Source: an uncultured Planctomycetaceae bacterium (GTDB taxonomy: Bacteria; Planctomycetota; Planctomycetia; Planctomycetales; Planctomycetaceae). Taken from it: DNA of 64,000 nt. Position numbers and translations under genes: made by a program. Every line of letters starts with the position of its first letter. Within the stretch, counting starts at the first letter, position 1. Below, piece by piece: positions 9,601 through 18,519 of this stretch. A model generated the notes under the pieces. It did no database searches. It was given only the letters and a program-made list of their open reading frames with translations, and was not told the DNA's origin. The stretch lies in the NCBI GenBank assembly GCA_963815195.1, contig CAWFGE010000012.1:1024001-1088000 (forward strand), in the 5' to 3' direction.

Positions 9601-10161
9601 TTGATACTGCCGGACGTATCCGCCGATCGAAGCGACCTCGGCCACGCCGTCCACGGATTGCAGCGCAAACTTGATGAAGAAATCCTGCCGGGACCTTAGT
9701 TCTGCGAGGTCCATCCCCTCGGGCGGCTCCAAAACGTAGTAATAAATTTGCCCCAAGGCGGTGGCATCCGGGGCGAGCGTGGGCGTGACGCCTTCCGGCA
9801 GCGCCCCGGCAACGGTCGTCAGTTGCTCCGCCACGCGGGACCGCGCCCAGTAGAAATCCACGCTATCGTCGAACGTCACCTGCACGAAGCTGAAGCCGAA
9901 CATGCTCTTGCCGCGCACACTCTTGGAACCGGGCACGGCTTGCAGGGCGACCGACAGCGGATAGGTGACCTGGTCCTCGATGTCCTTGGGCGATCGGCCC
10001 GGCCATTCCGTGAGCACGATCACCTGGTTCTCGCCCACGTTGGGAATCGCATCCACGGGAACCTGCTCTGTGGAATACCAGCCATACGCGATCAAAGCGA
10101 CGGATAGGGCGAGGACCACCAGGCGTTCGCGGAGACAAAAATCCAAAATTTTTGAAATCAT
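6673..10161 (-). CDS. cusA: CusA/CzcA family heavy-metal RND efflux permease (Cu/Ag type)
   Basis: 1162 aa; VDAIPNVGENQVIV, WPGRSPKDIEDQVTYPL, NIMSLAGIAIAIG, RVRPCLMT. Confidence 0.92.
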   Translation of the reverse strand: MISKILDFCLRERLVVLALSVALIAYGWYSTEQVPVDAIPNVGENQVIVLTEWPGRSPKDIEDQVTYPLSVALQAVPGSKSVRGKSMFGFSFVQVTFDDSVDFYWARSRVAEQLTTVAGALPEGVTPTLAPDATALGQIYYYVLEPPEGMDLAELRSRQDFFIKFALQSVDGVAEVASIGGYVRQYQIEIDPDALRYHNLPLSQVIDAVKSSNIDVGAKTVESNGMEFIVRGKGFIGSGKTEPETIEQIENTVVITRDGVPVRIKDLAQVQIGPAFRRGALDWNGQEAVGGVVVMRYGENPRDVIARVKQKIAALESELGGIQIHGIYDRTLLIDETVGTLSNALVHETLITIAVMVLFLLHVRASLVIAITLPMAVLMSFIAMKVFGVDANIMSLAGIAIAIGTMVDMGIIVLENIYGALADWEAAGSPEGARGRLQVIREAASEVVPAVMTAVSTTIVSFLPVFFLTGRDHRLFAPLAWTKTFALAASLIVAVTIVPLLCRLFLKSSRTSWRTNLAAAISFAGLAGGVCFFVWGHRLEVSTGWKAEWFAAASFGLGFFIGWWMMREKIRPMEENPVSRFVHWVYAGRLRMALRRKVLMLSFPCIIFVIGLGAWIGLPTVLRPVEKACLMLGADLNQVPGYVKTKHTFTGLKTDDWIALDEGSWFYMPSLYPAASFSQAMEVLQTQDALIKGIPEVANVLGKIGRVESALDPAPAAMVETYVMLKPKSEWREGMTPRKIWDEINRVATLPGVTPASPLQPIEGRVVMLQSGIKASMAVRVYGNSLEGLAKTSLAVAEHLKTLPLVNAGTVNPDIVMGKPYYEFEVDREEAARYGMTTRMVNQIVSAGLGGVDATTTVEGRERYPIQIRYQRNVRERLDELDKVPVVTHSQEVVPLERLAQVTTTWGPGAINSEDARLVAHVAFSPSGMTGDLETVDAVMNSLRTARASGDLRFPEGNFELQAVGSFQNQIEANRRLMWIVPAVMLINLLLLYLDFRNLPISLVVFSGIPVSFAGGMIAVALMDVKMNTAIWVGFIALFGVAVDDGVVMATYIRQVLKRRKIQTVDDLREAIYEAGLKRVRPCLMTTLTTLAALVPVLTSTGRGADVARAMALPVFGGMLIEPFTSFIVPTLYCAYMEFKMRAGFQDEIWTPADARENQLAA

Positions 10162-12125
10162 TGTCGCCCCTCCTCCGGTTTCCCGGCAACACGTTTCACC
10201 GGGACCGGCGAGTCAGAATCCGTTTGAGCTTCCTGACCTTCGACCGGTTCGAGGGGCTGGGGGCTGCCGATCGGAGGAAGAGACATTTCTTCTCCCTGAC
10301 TTTCCAGGCCCTCCTGATTCTTTTGTGACTTCAATTTCGCGAGATATTTTTCGGGTTCGCTTAAGAGGCTCTCGCGGCATTGGTCGCAGCACAGGAAAAC
10401 CGGCGTGCCGTTGACTTTCACTTTGAGCGGCGTGCCCATCGTGCCCAGTTGCAGATTCGTGACGGGGCATATTCGTTGCCGGACTGCCTGGGCTTGGTCC
10501 TCCTTGGGCAGTTTTTCGATCGCGGCCAGCATGATTGGCGTCGGTTCGCTCCGCTCGCGGGGAATGGCTTTGGTGGGATCGATCAGCGACGGGTTGCCGG
10601 CGAGTTGCATTTGCGAATCGATCAGAAAGTTGCCCTTCGTCGCGACCTGTTCGCCGGCTTTTATGCCTTTCAGGATCGCGATCGCTTCGCCACAAATCGG
10701 CCCCAAGGTCACGCGGCGAATCTCAAATCGGCCTGGCTCGGTTTCGACATAGACCACGCTCTGGTTCCCCGCCATCAAGACCGCACTGCGGGGCACGACA
10801 AGGGCTTCGCTCTTCGCTTCCGGCTCATCGGTGAAACCCAAGGTCGAGGCCGGAACCAGATCGACGCCGCAAATCCGGCACTGACCGGGCGAGGATTCGA
10901 CGACATGCGGATGCCGGGGACTGATCCACTTATTGGCCAATTGGGGATCATAAATCGGTTGAGGATTACCGGGAGAGCTGACCATCGGAACGTCAATTGT
11001 GGCTTTAGCGTAATCGCCGACGCGGAGTTGGGCGGATTCATTGGGAATCACCACTCGCACACTGACGGTGCGGGTTTTGGGATCGACCTGCGGATCGATA
11101 AAGGCCACCCGCCCCGTGAACTCCCGCCCCGGCAGCGACTGGAGCTGGGCGGAGACTTTCTGCCCGTAGCGAATGCTCGCGGCATCTTCGGGAAAGAGTT
11201 CCAGCATCAACCACACCGTGGACAGATCCGCCAGTTGATAAATCGCCTCGCCTTCCTTGACGTACTGTCCCTCGATGGCGTTTTTTTGAATGACCGTGCC
11301 GTTGATCGGAGCATAAAGATGCATTCGGCTGCCGGCTTGGCCCGTGCGCTCGATCTCGGCGAGTTGCGATTCGGTCATTCCCAATTCGATCAGCCGCCGC
11401 TTCGAGCTTTCGTAAAGCTCGCGGTTCGACAGCGCCACCCGGCGGAGCGTGGAAGATTCACTGTCCCGCAAGGCCTTCTTGGTCAGGAGCATCTCGACCT
11501 GGCCGGCATAGAGGTCCGGCGAATAGACCAGGGCGAGCTTGTCGCCCTCATGGACGACAACCCCGGTATAGTCCGCGTAGAGTTTTTCCAATCGGCCGTC
11601 GACATAGGCCGAGAGCGTTTTCAGATTGCCTTCGTCATAAAGCAGCTTACCAACCACGCGGAGCGTGCGGGTCATCGGCCGTTTGGCAACCGCGACGGTC
11701 TGGATGTCGGCCACGCGGCGCGCGACCGGATCAATCCGAATCGAAGTCGAACCGCCCTGGCCGGCCCCTGCGGTTGTCGGCACCAGTTCCATGCCGCACA
11801 CCGGGCACCGCCCCGGCTCTTTTTGCGGAGGCGTGCACATCATCGGGCAGATATAGAGTGTGCCCTCGCTCCCTGCCGAGGCGTGGCTATGGTTGTGCCC
11901 GTCTTCGTTTGCGGACAGCCAGCCGAACTGTTGCGCCACCCCCAGCCCGGCAATCATGCCTGCGCCCCCCATTACAAACAGGACCGGTTGCAAAACCAAT
12001 TTGATCCACCACCGCCGGCTTTCGAGACGTTTCTCCGCCGGGTTGGCGACCGGCGATTGCCGACGGACCGGAGGAACTTCCACCTGTGGCTCCTGCGGAG
12101 AAGCCGATTTTTCAATCTCATTCAT
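10158..12125 (-). CDS. cusB: CusB-type RND periplasmic adaptor with heavy-metal-binding and C-terminal YHS domains
   Basis: YICPMMC..PGRCPVCGMELVP, His-rich linker, MFP core (YSPDL, LADLSTVW, FIDP.VDPKTRT), QRICPVT..FLCCDQC; overlaps the cusA start. Confidence 0.88.
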   Translation of the reverse strand: MNEIEKSASPQEPQVEVPPVRRQSPVANPAEKRLESRRWWIKLVLQPVLFVMGGAGMIAGLGVAQQFGWLSANEDGHNHSHASAGSEGTLYICPMMCTPPQKEPGRCPVCGMELVPTTAGAGQGGSTSIRIDPVARRVADIQTVAVAKRPMTRTLRVVGKLLYDEGNLKTLSAYVDGRLEKLYADYTGVVVHEGDKLALVYSPDLYAGQVEMLLTKKALRDSESSTLRRVALSNRELYESSKRRLIELGMTESQLAEIERTGQAGSRMHLYAPINGTVIQKNAIEGQYVKEGEAIYQLADLSTVWLMLELFPEDAASIRYGQKVSAQLQSLPGREFTGRVAFIDPQVDPKTRTVSVRVVIPNESAQLRVGDYAKATIDVPMVSSPGNPQPIYDPQLANKWISPRHPHVVESSPGQCRICGVDLVPASTLGFTDEPEAKSEALVVPRSAVLMAGNQSVVYVETEPGRFEIRRVTLGPICGEAIAILKGIKAGEQVATKGNFLIDSQMQLAGNPSLIDPTKAIPRERSEPTPIMLAAIEKLPKEDQAQAVRQRICPVTNLQLGTMGTPLKVKVNGTPVFLCCDQCRESLLSEPEKYLAKLKSQKNQEGLESQGEEMSLPPIGSPQPLEPVEGQEAQTDSDSPVPVKRVAGKPEEGRQ

Positions 12126-12270
12126 AACCGTCTCACCGTATGGGATAGGCGTCAATCTGAAGAACCCTATTCCCTGCGTCAGCGGGCGTCTCCGGATGAT
12201 GGAGACGCTCCACAAAGCGCAGGGCCAAAGCCATTGCGCACGCTCAGCGCAGCGTGAGTGGTAGGATCGC

Positions 12271-12672
12271 TCAGATCAGCCAGCAGCAGAGCCAAACCTG
12301 CCGGTAAGTCGGGGAGAGAGAGAAGCAGCAAGCGTCGGCGGGATGCGAAGGCCGTCCGGGATTTTCCTCCACGGACAAGGCCGTTCGCAGGCCATCCAGC
12401 ATTCGCACGCTCACCCGGTCTTTCGAGGACTGTCTCGGGTGGGGTGTCGCGGGAGGCCCATCGCCTTGGAAGCACGGACACATTGCCGTGGGAGCGGGTT
12501 GGCAACAGCAATCGGCTGGGGATAAGCTCGATCCGCCGCAATGCCCGCAGCAAGATTTCACGGACTCCTGTGCGCACACCGCGCCCTTCGCATCCATCGC
12601 CGGCACGAAGCCCGATAGGGCCACGCCCACGATCAGCAAGAATGCCAGAAGTCTATCCAACAGGGATCGCAT
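12271..12672 (-). CDS. Cys-rich protein with N-terminal hydrophobic segment
   Basis: 13 Cys in CC/CCC/CPC clusters; ends RQVWLCCWLI. Confidence 0.7.
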   Translation of the reverse strand: MRSLLDRLLAFLLIVGVALSGFVPAMDAKGAVCAQESVKSCCGHCGGSSLSPADCCCQPAPTAMCPCFQGDGPPATPHPRQSSKDRVSVRMLDGLRTALSVEENPGRPSHPADACCFSLSPTYRQVWLCCWLI

Positions 12673-12861
12673 GAAACAAAATCCATCTTCCAAGAGGCTG
12701 CTATCTCATCATCTTGCCCCCACCCGCCGAAGTCAAGGCTTTGTCTGCCGACTCGGGGTTTGGGATTCGCGGAACCTCGGCGAAACCAGGCATTGCTCGG
12801 GAAAATGGAGCCGGCCGACTCGCGTTCATTCCGCGCGCACAAAGAGCGCCGGTTCGCCGGT

Positions 12862-13353
12862 TCAAAGCGTGAAACGACAAAGAGCCGCGCAGCGATCCGC
12901 TGCCGATGAGCTATGAGTCGAAGAGGAAACGATGCCATCGCCTTGAGCGGTTTGAGCCAGCGGAACGACAAGCATCCCCTCTGCAAAATCGGCTTGGCGG
13001 GCGATTTTTTCGTTCAGAGTTTCCTGGGAAATGGGCGCGAACGGCGGAGACGGTTCGCTCTCTCCGCAACGGCAGTTATCCCCGCATGAGCAATGCGAAT
13101 CGGCCGTCTTCGATTCCTGACGGCAGCACGCCGGCGGGGCCGTTCGCTTTTTGCAGCAACAGCATTCCCCACCGTCGCGCGTTGCCTTCGAGCAGCAACA
13201 GGCCTTCGTCTGCGTTTGGGTCTCGACCGCTCGATTGAGGCAAGCCTCCCCGCAACCGCAATCCGCCGCGGGCAAGCTCTGCGCTGGTATGGCGAGGGCC
13301 ATCAGCCAGATCACCAACCGGCCGGCGATTGAGTTGCGGAAATCCATTTCCAT
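12862..13353 (-). CDS. Cys-rich metallothionein-like protein with signal-like N-terminus
   Basis: 18 Cys (CGC, CCC, CCCC, CC, CSC, CRC); ends DRCAALCRFTL. Confidence 0.72.
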   Translation of the reverse strand: MEMDFRNSIAGRLVIWLMALAIPAQSLPAADCGCGEACLNRAVETQTQTKACCCSKATRDGGECCCCKKRTAPPACCRQESKTADSHCSCGDNCRCGESEPSPPFAPISQETLNEKIARQADFAEGMLVVPLAQTAQGDGIVSSSTHSSSAADRCAALCRFTL

Positions 13354-13765
13354 GATCCGGGAGTTCAATCCAGCGAATAAGCGTGTCTTCAAAGCCTATC
13401 GGCAGCATTGGGTCCGATTGAGAATTGAGAAATGCAATTGTACAAAAGCTAGATTTACGAATCGGACGATTCCAACGACGGCGGGAGTTTCCAAAGATGC
13501 GGAAAGTTGGTCAAGGGGAATCGGTGTGCGTCATTCCATCGGCACGCATCGCCCGTTTGGTCAGAAGCGGTAAATTGAGTTGCAAAGCTCGTATCCCATC
13601 GTAATTCACATTATTAAGCCAATTCGTCGGTTCCTCTTGGAATCCAGTTTGAAGTTTTGACTTTGGGCAGCTAGAATTTCCCTAACAAAACCGGTGAACG
13701 GTCCCAAAATATATTCCAGGCGATGAGCGCCCCTCGGTATCTGTAGCCGATACCGGAGGGGCAGT

Positions 13766-14120
13766 TTTAATTGCCGGCTGATGATCGCGACCTGCTGTTC
13801 CCGAATGATTTTCTTATCGTCGGGTTCGATCAATTGGAGAGAGTCCACGACGATCAGCCCCAACCCGCCGCGTCGCTTCCGCAGCCGGGCAGCCGCCGCA
13901 ATCTGAGCTATTTTGAGTCCCGCCCTGTCGTTTATGACGATGGGGAAACCGGATAGCTTGTTTTGAGCCTCGCAAACGCTAGCCTTATCCTCGGAAGTTC
14001 CTTTTGATGATCGACGCCGGAATGCCGGAAAGACTCGCCAAGAGCCTTTCGCAGAGTTCCTGGCGAGATTGCTCCAGACTGAAAATCAGGGCGGGATCCT
14101 CGCATTTGGCGACGTTCAGC
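13766..14120 (-). pseudogene. Internal fragment of a DnaB-like replicative helicase
   Basis: PALIFSLEQSRQELCERLLASLSGI..., then in another frame GLIVVDSLQLIEPDDKKIIREQQVAIISRQLK; no Walker A, both ends missing. Confidence 0.75.
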
Positions 14121-14217
14121 GTGACACAGCCCGCGAGCGCTGTGGGCGTGCACACCGTACATCGGCAATCGTTATGCAGTCGCCCGCGGTCCCGGAGTCG
14201 GTTACGCAAATCCGTCA

Positions 14218-14287
14218 CCGGTCTTGAAAACCGGCGTGGCGTCACAACCAGCGGGGGTTCGAATCCCCCGCTCTCCGCTCTGGACAT
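14218..14287 (+). repeat. 3' fragment of tRNA-Ser(UGA), att site copy 2
   Basis: CCGGTCTTGAAAACCGGCGTGGCGTCACAACCAGCGGGGGTTCGAATCCCCCGCTCTCCGCTCTGGACAT; near-identical to 1897-1967. Confidence 0.88.
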
Positions 14288-14404
14288 CCCACGCCAATCG
14301 ACGCCATGGGCGCCGGTTCGGTACTCGGATCAACCGGTCCAATTCCAGCCTTAGATCGGTTCGATGTCTCCGATCTGGCGAATGGACGGCATGGTGAATC
14401 CTCG

Positions 14405-15970
14405 TCAATGAACGCTCGCGGGGGTTATTCGGCTGTTGGGAACGGGCCAGAAGGCCTCCGATTCTTCGGCGGTGGCCGACTCGTCCCGGGGCTTTTGATC
14501 GCCATTGGCCGTGGGGTTCGGATTTTCGGGCCGCGGTGGTTGGGCTTCGGGTTTCTCGGCTTCGGCCGGGGGCGGGGCGTTCGGCATTGGGTTCGCAGGT
14601 TCGGGAATCGGTCCGAGGAATCCGCCGACGACCCGTTCGAGCTCGGCCAACGTCTGCCGCAGCGAAGCATCGATCCGGCGATAGGCGATCTCGTACCGCA
14701 ACAATTCCCGCCAGTTGTCGAGCAACTGTAAAAAATCCACTTCCCCCACGTTGTAAGCCTGGCTGGAGACTTCAAGCGTTTGCCGGGATCGCGGCAAGAT
14801 GTCTTGTTCAAACAAGGTCAACAAATCCCGCTGGCTTTGCACCTTGGCGAACAGATCGACGACTTGAGCCAAGGTGTTGTCGCGGATCGCGTCGTATTCG
14901 CGCGCCGTCGCCACCGCTTTCGCTTCGACGGAACGGACCTCGGCATCCAAACGCCGGCGATAGACCGGAAGGTTGATCCCCGCCGTCAGCAAAAACGCGT
15001 CCCGCCCGTTCGCCACCGGACTGATCCCGCTGTTCGACACGCCGATCCACGAAAAGCCGACGGTCACATCGGGCTTGTATTCCAACAAGGCCAGTTCGAC
15101 GGCTTGTTGATCCCGCTCGAGTGCCGCCAGTTTTGCGTGCAGTTCGGGGCGGGCGGCGACGGCTTGTTCCTCGAGCGATTCCAAGTCCCGCACGATCTGG
15201 CTCGCGGGCAGCTTGTCGAGAGCCTCGACGTTCGATTGCGGGGCGATGTGCAACAGGCCTGCGAGCGCCGCCTGGCCGCTTTTGCGTTGCTGCCGGAGCC
15301 CGATCAAATCTTTCTGAACGTTGGAAATCTCCAACTCCGCCCTCAGGACATCCTGCTGGCTGGTCTTGCCGGCTTTGTAGCGGGCGTTAGCCACATCGCG
15401 AATTTGCGCAAGCAGATCCTGCTCTTCCTCCGTGACCGCGATCGCCTGTTGAATAAAATACAATTCATAATACGCCCGTTGGACCTGCTCGATGACCATC
15501 AACTCGGCCGCCGCCAGTTCAGCCCGCACGACATCGGTTTCGGCTTCCGCTCGCGCTCCCCGCCGATCCAACTTGCCGAACCAGGGCAACTTCTGATTCG
15601 CGGCCAAAATCGTCTGCTGCTTGCCGGCGGCGGTTTCGACCGGAGAGGGCTGCACCGTCAGGTTGAGCATCGGATCCTGCAAACTGCCCGCGACCGGCAC
15701 CTGATAGCCCGCCGCCTCCAACCGCTTGCGGGCCGCCTGGATCCCCGGGTTTTGAAAGATCGCGGCTTGAATATACTCCTCAACCGGATGCGGCCCTTCG
15801 AGTTCCGCCACGACGGGATCGACGGTTTCTTCCGGAGTCGTCGCGAGGGCCTGTTGGACCTTGTACGACAAATCCGCATACTCGGCATCGTGCGCGACGT
15901 TTGCCGTCGAGCATCCCGAACCCAGGATCCCTAAACCGGCAAACATCAGCACAAAACGTCCCTTGGCCAT
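14405..15970 (-). CDS. TolC/CusC family outer-membrane efflux lipoprotein
   Basis: Lipobox-like GSGC; NPGIQAA, QKLPWFGKL, AYYELY, QDVLRAELE, AYNVGEVDFLQLLD. Confidence 0.9.
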   Translation of the reverse strand: MAKGRFVLMFAGLGILGSGCSTANVAHDAEYADLSYKVQQALATTPEETVDPVVAELEGPHPVEEYIQAAIFQNPGIQAARKRLEAAGYQVPVAGSLQDPMLNLTVQPSPVETAAGKQQTILAANQKLPWFGKLDRRGARAEAETDVVRAELAAAELMVIEQVQRAYYELYFIQQAIAVTEEEQDLLAQIRDVANARYKAGKTSQQDVLRAELEISNVQKDLIGLRQQRKSGQAALAGLLHIAPQSNVEALDKLPASQIVRDLESLEEQAVAARPELHAKLAALERDQQAVELALLEYKPDVTVGFSWIGVSNSGISPVANGRDAFLLTAGINLPVYRRRLDAEVRSVEAKAVATAREYDAIRDNTLAQVVDLFAKVQSQRDLLTLFEQDILPRSRQTLEVSSQAYNVGEVDFLQLLDNWRELLRYEIAYRRIDASLRQTLAELERVVGGFLGPIPEPANPMPNAPPPAEAEKPEAQPPRPENPNPTANGDQKPRDESATAEESEAFWPVPNSRITPASVH

Positions 15971-16336
15971 CCGTAGTCTCCCCGGCGCAGCCCCACTAGG
16001 CGGTATTATCGATTAAATCGGAAAAGTCGGAGGGCAATCTCTTGGAAATCCTCAAGCAAAGGTGCGCGTTTTCCCAGATCCTCCGCGATTGTGACGGGAC
16101 ATTTCAAAAAAAGCACCGGGCACGGCACCTGGGGCTTTGGTGACGCTGGCGTGAAGCTTTATCCAGCCGGCCCGACTTGGGTGCGGTGCGGAAAGGCTTC
16201 AACCGGATTCGCCGCTCTCTGTCACAACGGCCAAAGAACCGTGGAATTTTACCGGGCGGTCCCCTACGATAGAGATACGGGCCGATGCGGAGAAATTTGA
16301 ACTTTCGCCCCTTGCCAAACCCCGTGAGGGAAGACG

Positions 16337-18502
16337 ATGTCAGGTATTTTGATTCCCTGCCCGGAATGCGGCAGCGGATTGCGGTTGAAGGATCGGAGCA
16401 AGCTCGGCAAGCTCGGCCGCTGCCCCAAGTGCGGGAACCGCTTCGTGCTCCAGGAGCCGGAAGAGGTCGAACTGGAACTCGCCGACGCCTCGGTCCCCAG
16501 CACCGGCACCGCCGCCCAGTGGATTCCCGACTCCGAGGCGTCGGACGCCCAACCGGCCCCGGCTCGCCGAGCGGGACGGAGCCAACCGGCTCGGGTGGAA
16601 GAAGGCGTCGGCGGGTTTCCGATCATCACCGATCCTGAGCCGGGCGCCGGGATTCAGATTACCACGCATCCCACGATCGCCGAGGGCATGTCGCTCGACG
16701 AAGTCGTCAAGCTCCTCGGCAAACCCGCCAAGCGGAAGCAGATGTCGGAACTGGCGGCGCAGGCGAAAAAGCAGGGCAAGAAATTCGATGCCCCCGCCGA
16801 TGCCTCCAAGCGGGAATACCTGGTGTTCCAGCACGCGGCCGGTGCTTACAAGCTGATTTTCCTCGATGGAAAAGTCGTCGAAATCCATTCCCAGCCCGCC
16901 GCCGGCGCAGGCACAGCGAAGGCTCCGTTGGTTCCGTCCCAAAGCCGGCGGAGCCAGAAGCAAAAGATGGCAGGCATCGCTTTGGGCGGCGTTTTGGGAT
17001 TGGTGCTGGTCGTGGTGTTGATCGTCGCCACGCAGATCGATCGCCAGCCGGAAGTGGTGAAAGCGGCCCCCAAGAAACAGCCTCCCCAAGTCGACCAGAA
17101 GCTCGTGGCGGACAAATCGGAACTCGAGCAAAACGCCGAGTTCGCGAAGAAATTCGCCGAGGAGAATCTGGGCGTCAAGAACGAGATGCTCACATTCGAG
17201 CGGATTCCCGCCGGGGCGCGGATTATTATTCATCTGAGGCCCGCGGAACTCTGGAGCGACCAGCCGCAGTTCGCGTATTTCCGGGCGTCGCTGACGGCGG
17301 ATGTCACGAAGTGGATGGAATCCGCCATCAAAAGCACATGCCTCGTGGAGCCGAAGGACATCGAGGACGCTCTGATCTGCATCATCCCGGGCGGCCGGGG
17401 CGAGCCGCCGCAGTTTGCGACCCGCGTCAAGTTGACCGCCCCGCGGAAGAAGTCGGAATTCCTCACGCTGTTCGGCGGGCAGCGGACGGACGACTATGGC
17501 GACCCCGTTTATATCGACAGCGAGCGGGCGTATCTCGTCGAGGACGACCTGCAAACCTTCGCCGTGTCCCCGGCAAGCCTCGCGGACGAGATGGCCCGTG
17601 CCCGCGGGGAAATCCCCACCGGCACCTCGGATGGCATCCAAAGCATTCTGCTCAACACGGACAAGACCCGGCACGCGACGGTTGTGTTCGAGCCGCTGGA
17701 CGTGCGGATTCATCAGGAGTTTCTCGTCGGCGAGAACGTCCGGCCCGTCTTGAAGGAGTTTCTGGACTGGCTTGGCGGCGATGTGGAGACCGCGGCGTGG
17801 AGCATGCACCTGGGTTCGGACCGGTTCTATTCGCAGTTCCTGTTCCGCAACGGCCACGACTGGACGCCCCTCAAACTCGAACGGGAAGTCGCCGGCAAAC
17901 TGGACCGCCTGCCCCAGGATTTGTACGCCGCGGTCCAGATGATGCGACCGAAACAAGTCGGTTCGCGGAAAATCATCGGGCGGTTCCCGGCGATGATGAA
18001 GGTGTATTCGCTGTCGACGATGGCTGCCATCGGCGACCGCCTGGCCCAATTCACGACCGTCCTGCCCGCCAAAGCCGCCCCGAACCTGGCCTTGGGGACG
18101 CTGTTGGCGTGGGATGAATCCACGCGGACCGACTTCACCCAAAAGCCACCCGAACCCAAATCCAACGAACCCAAGCTGCCCGATTTGATTGTGGATCGGT
18201 TGAAGTTCGATATGGACGTGGACTTCCGCCGCCGGCCTTTGCAGGATGCCTTCTCGGACATCGGCGAGGCGACGCACGTCGCGTTCGAGATCGACGGCGA
18301 CGCCCTCAAAGCGGCGGGCTACACCAAGAACATGGCCCAGACCTTCAACCTGGGCGAAGTCCCCGCGACGCAGGCGATCAAAAAGATCTTGAGCCAGTAC
18401 GACAAGATGTGCGTGTGCATCACCGATGAAGACAAAAACATCGTCACGGTCATGACGTTTGAGGCGGCAAAACAGAAAAAGCTGACGCCCCTCAAGTTCT
18501 GA
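16337..18502 (+). CDS. Zn-ribbon bitopic membrane protein with C-terminal STN/N0-like domain
   Basis: CPECG..CPKCG, single TM near aa 212-232, C-terminal VDFRRRPLQDAFSDIG..FEIDGDAL. Confidence 0.75.
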   Translation: MSGILIPCPECGSGLRLKDRSKLGKLGRCPKCGNRFVLQEPEEVELELADASVPSTGTAAQWIPDSEASDAQPAPARRAGRSQPARVEEGVGGFPIITDPEPGAGIQITTHPTIAEGMSLDEVVKLLGKPAKRKQMSELAAQAKKQGKKFDAPADASKREYLVFQHAAGAYKLIFLDGKVVEIHSQPAAGAGTAKAPLVPSQSRRSQKQKMAGIALGGVLGLVLVVVLIVATQIDRQPEVVKAAPKKQPPQVDQKLVADKSELEQNAEFAKKFAEENLGVKNEMLTFERIPAGARIIIHLRPAELWSDQPQFAYFRASLTADVTKWMESAIKSTCLVEPKDIEDALICIIPGGRGEPPQFATRVKLTAPRKKSEFLTLFGGQRTDDYGDPVYIDSERAYLVEDDLQTFAVSPASLADEMARARGEIPTGTSDGIQSILLNTDKTRHATVVFEPLDVRIHQEFLVGENVRPVLKEFLDWLGGDVETAAWSMHLGSDRFYSQFLFRNGHDWTPLKLEREVAGKLDRLPQDLYAAVQMMRPKQVGSRKIIGRFPAMMKVYSLSTMAAIGDRLAQFTTVLPAKAAPNLALGTLLAWDESTRTDFTQKPPEPKSNEPKLPDLIVDRLKFDMDVDFRRRPLQDAFSDIGEATHVAFEIDGDALKAAGYTKNMAQTFNLGEVPATQAIKKILSQYDKMCVCITDEDKNIVTVMTFEAAKQKKLTPLKF

Positions 18503-18519
18503 TTCGCCCCCAGCCGGAA

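Larger units (their letters stand above)
1897..14287. mobile_element. Degenerate genomic island bounded by direct repeats of the tRNA-Ser 3' end
   Basis: ~70 bp direct repeat at both ends (3 mismatches), integrase remnant at left end, fragmentary cargo. Confidence 0.72.

Noticed and set aside
10380..12257. Long antisense ORFs (also 7252-8586, 16340-18277, 27530-28999, 47744-49291, 57676-58773, 62440-63675)
   Set aside because: Shadows of well-supported genes on the opposite strand in high-GC DNA; no recognisable motifs
13985..14287. ORF spanning the tRNA fragment (also 1685-2194)
   Set aside because: GGFEPP..TPRRFSRP is simply the antisense translation of tRNA sequence
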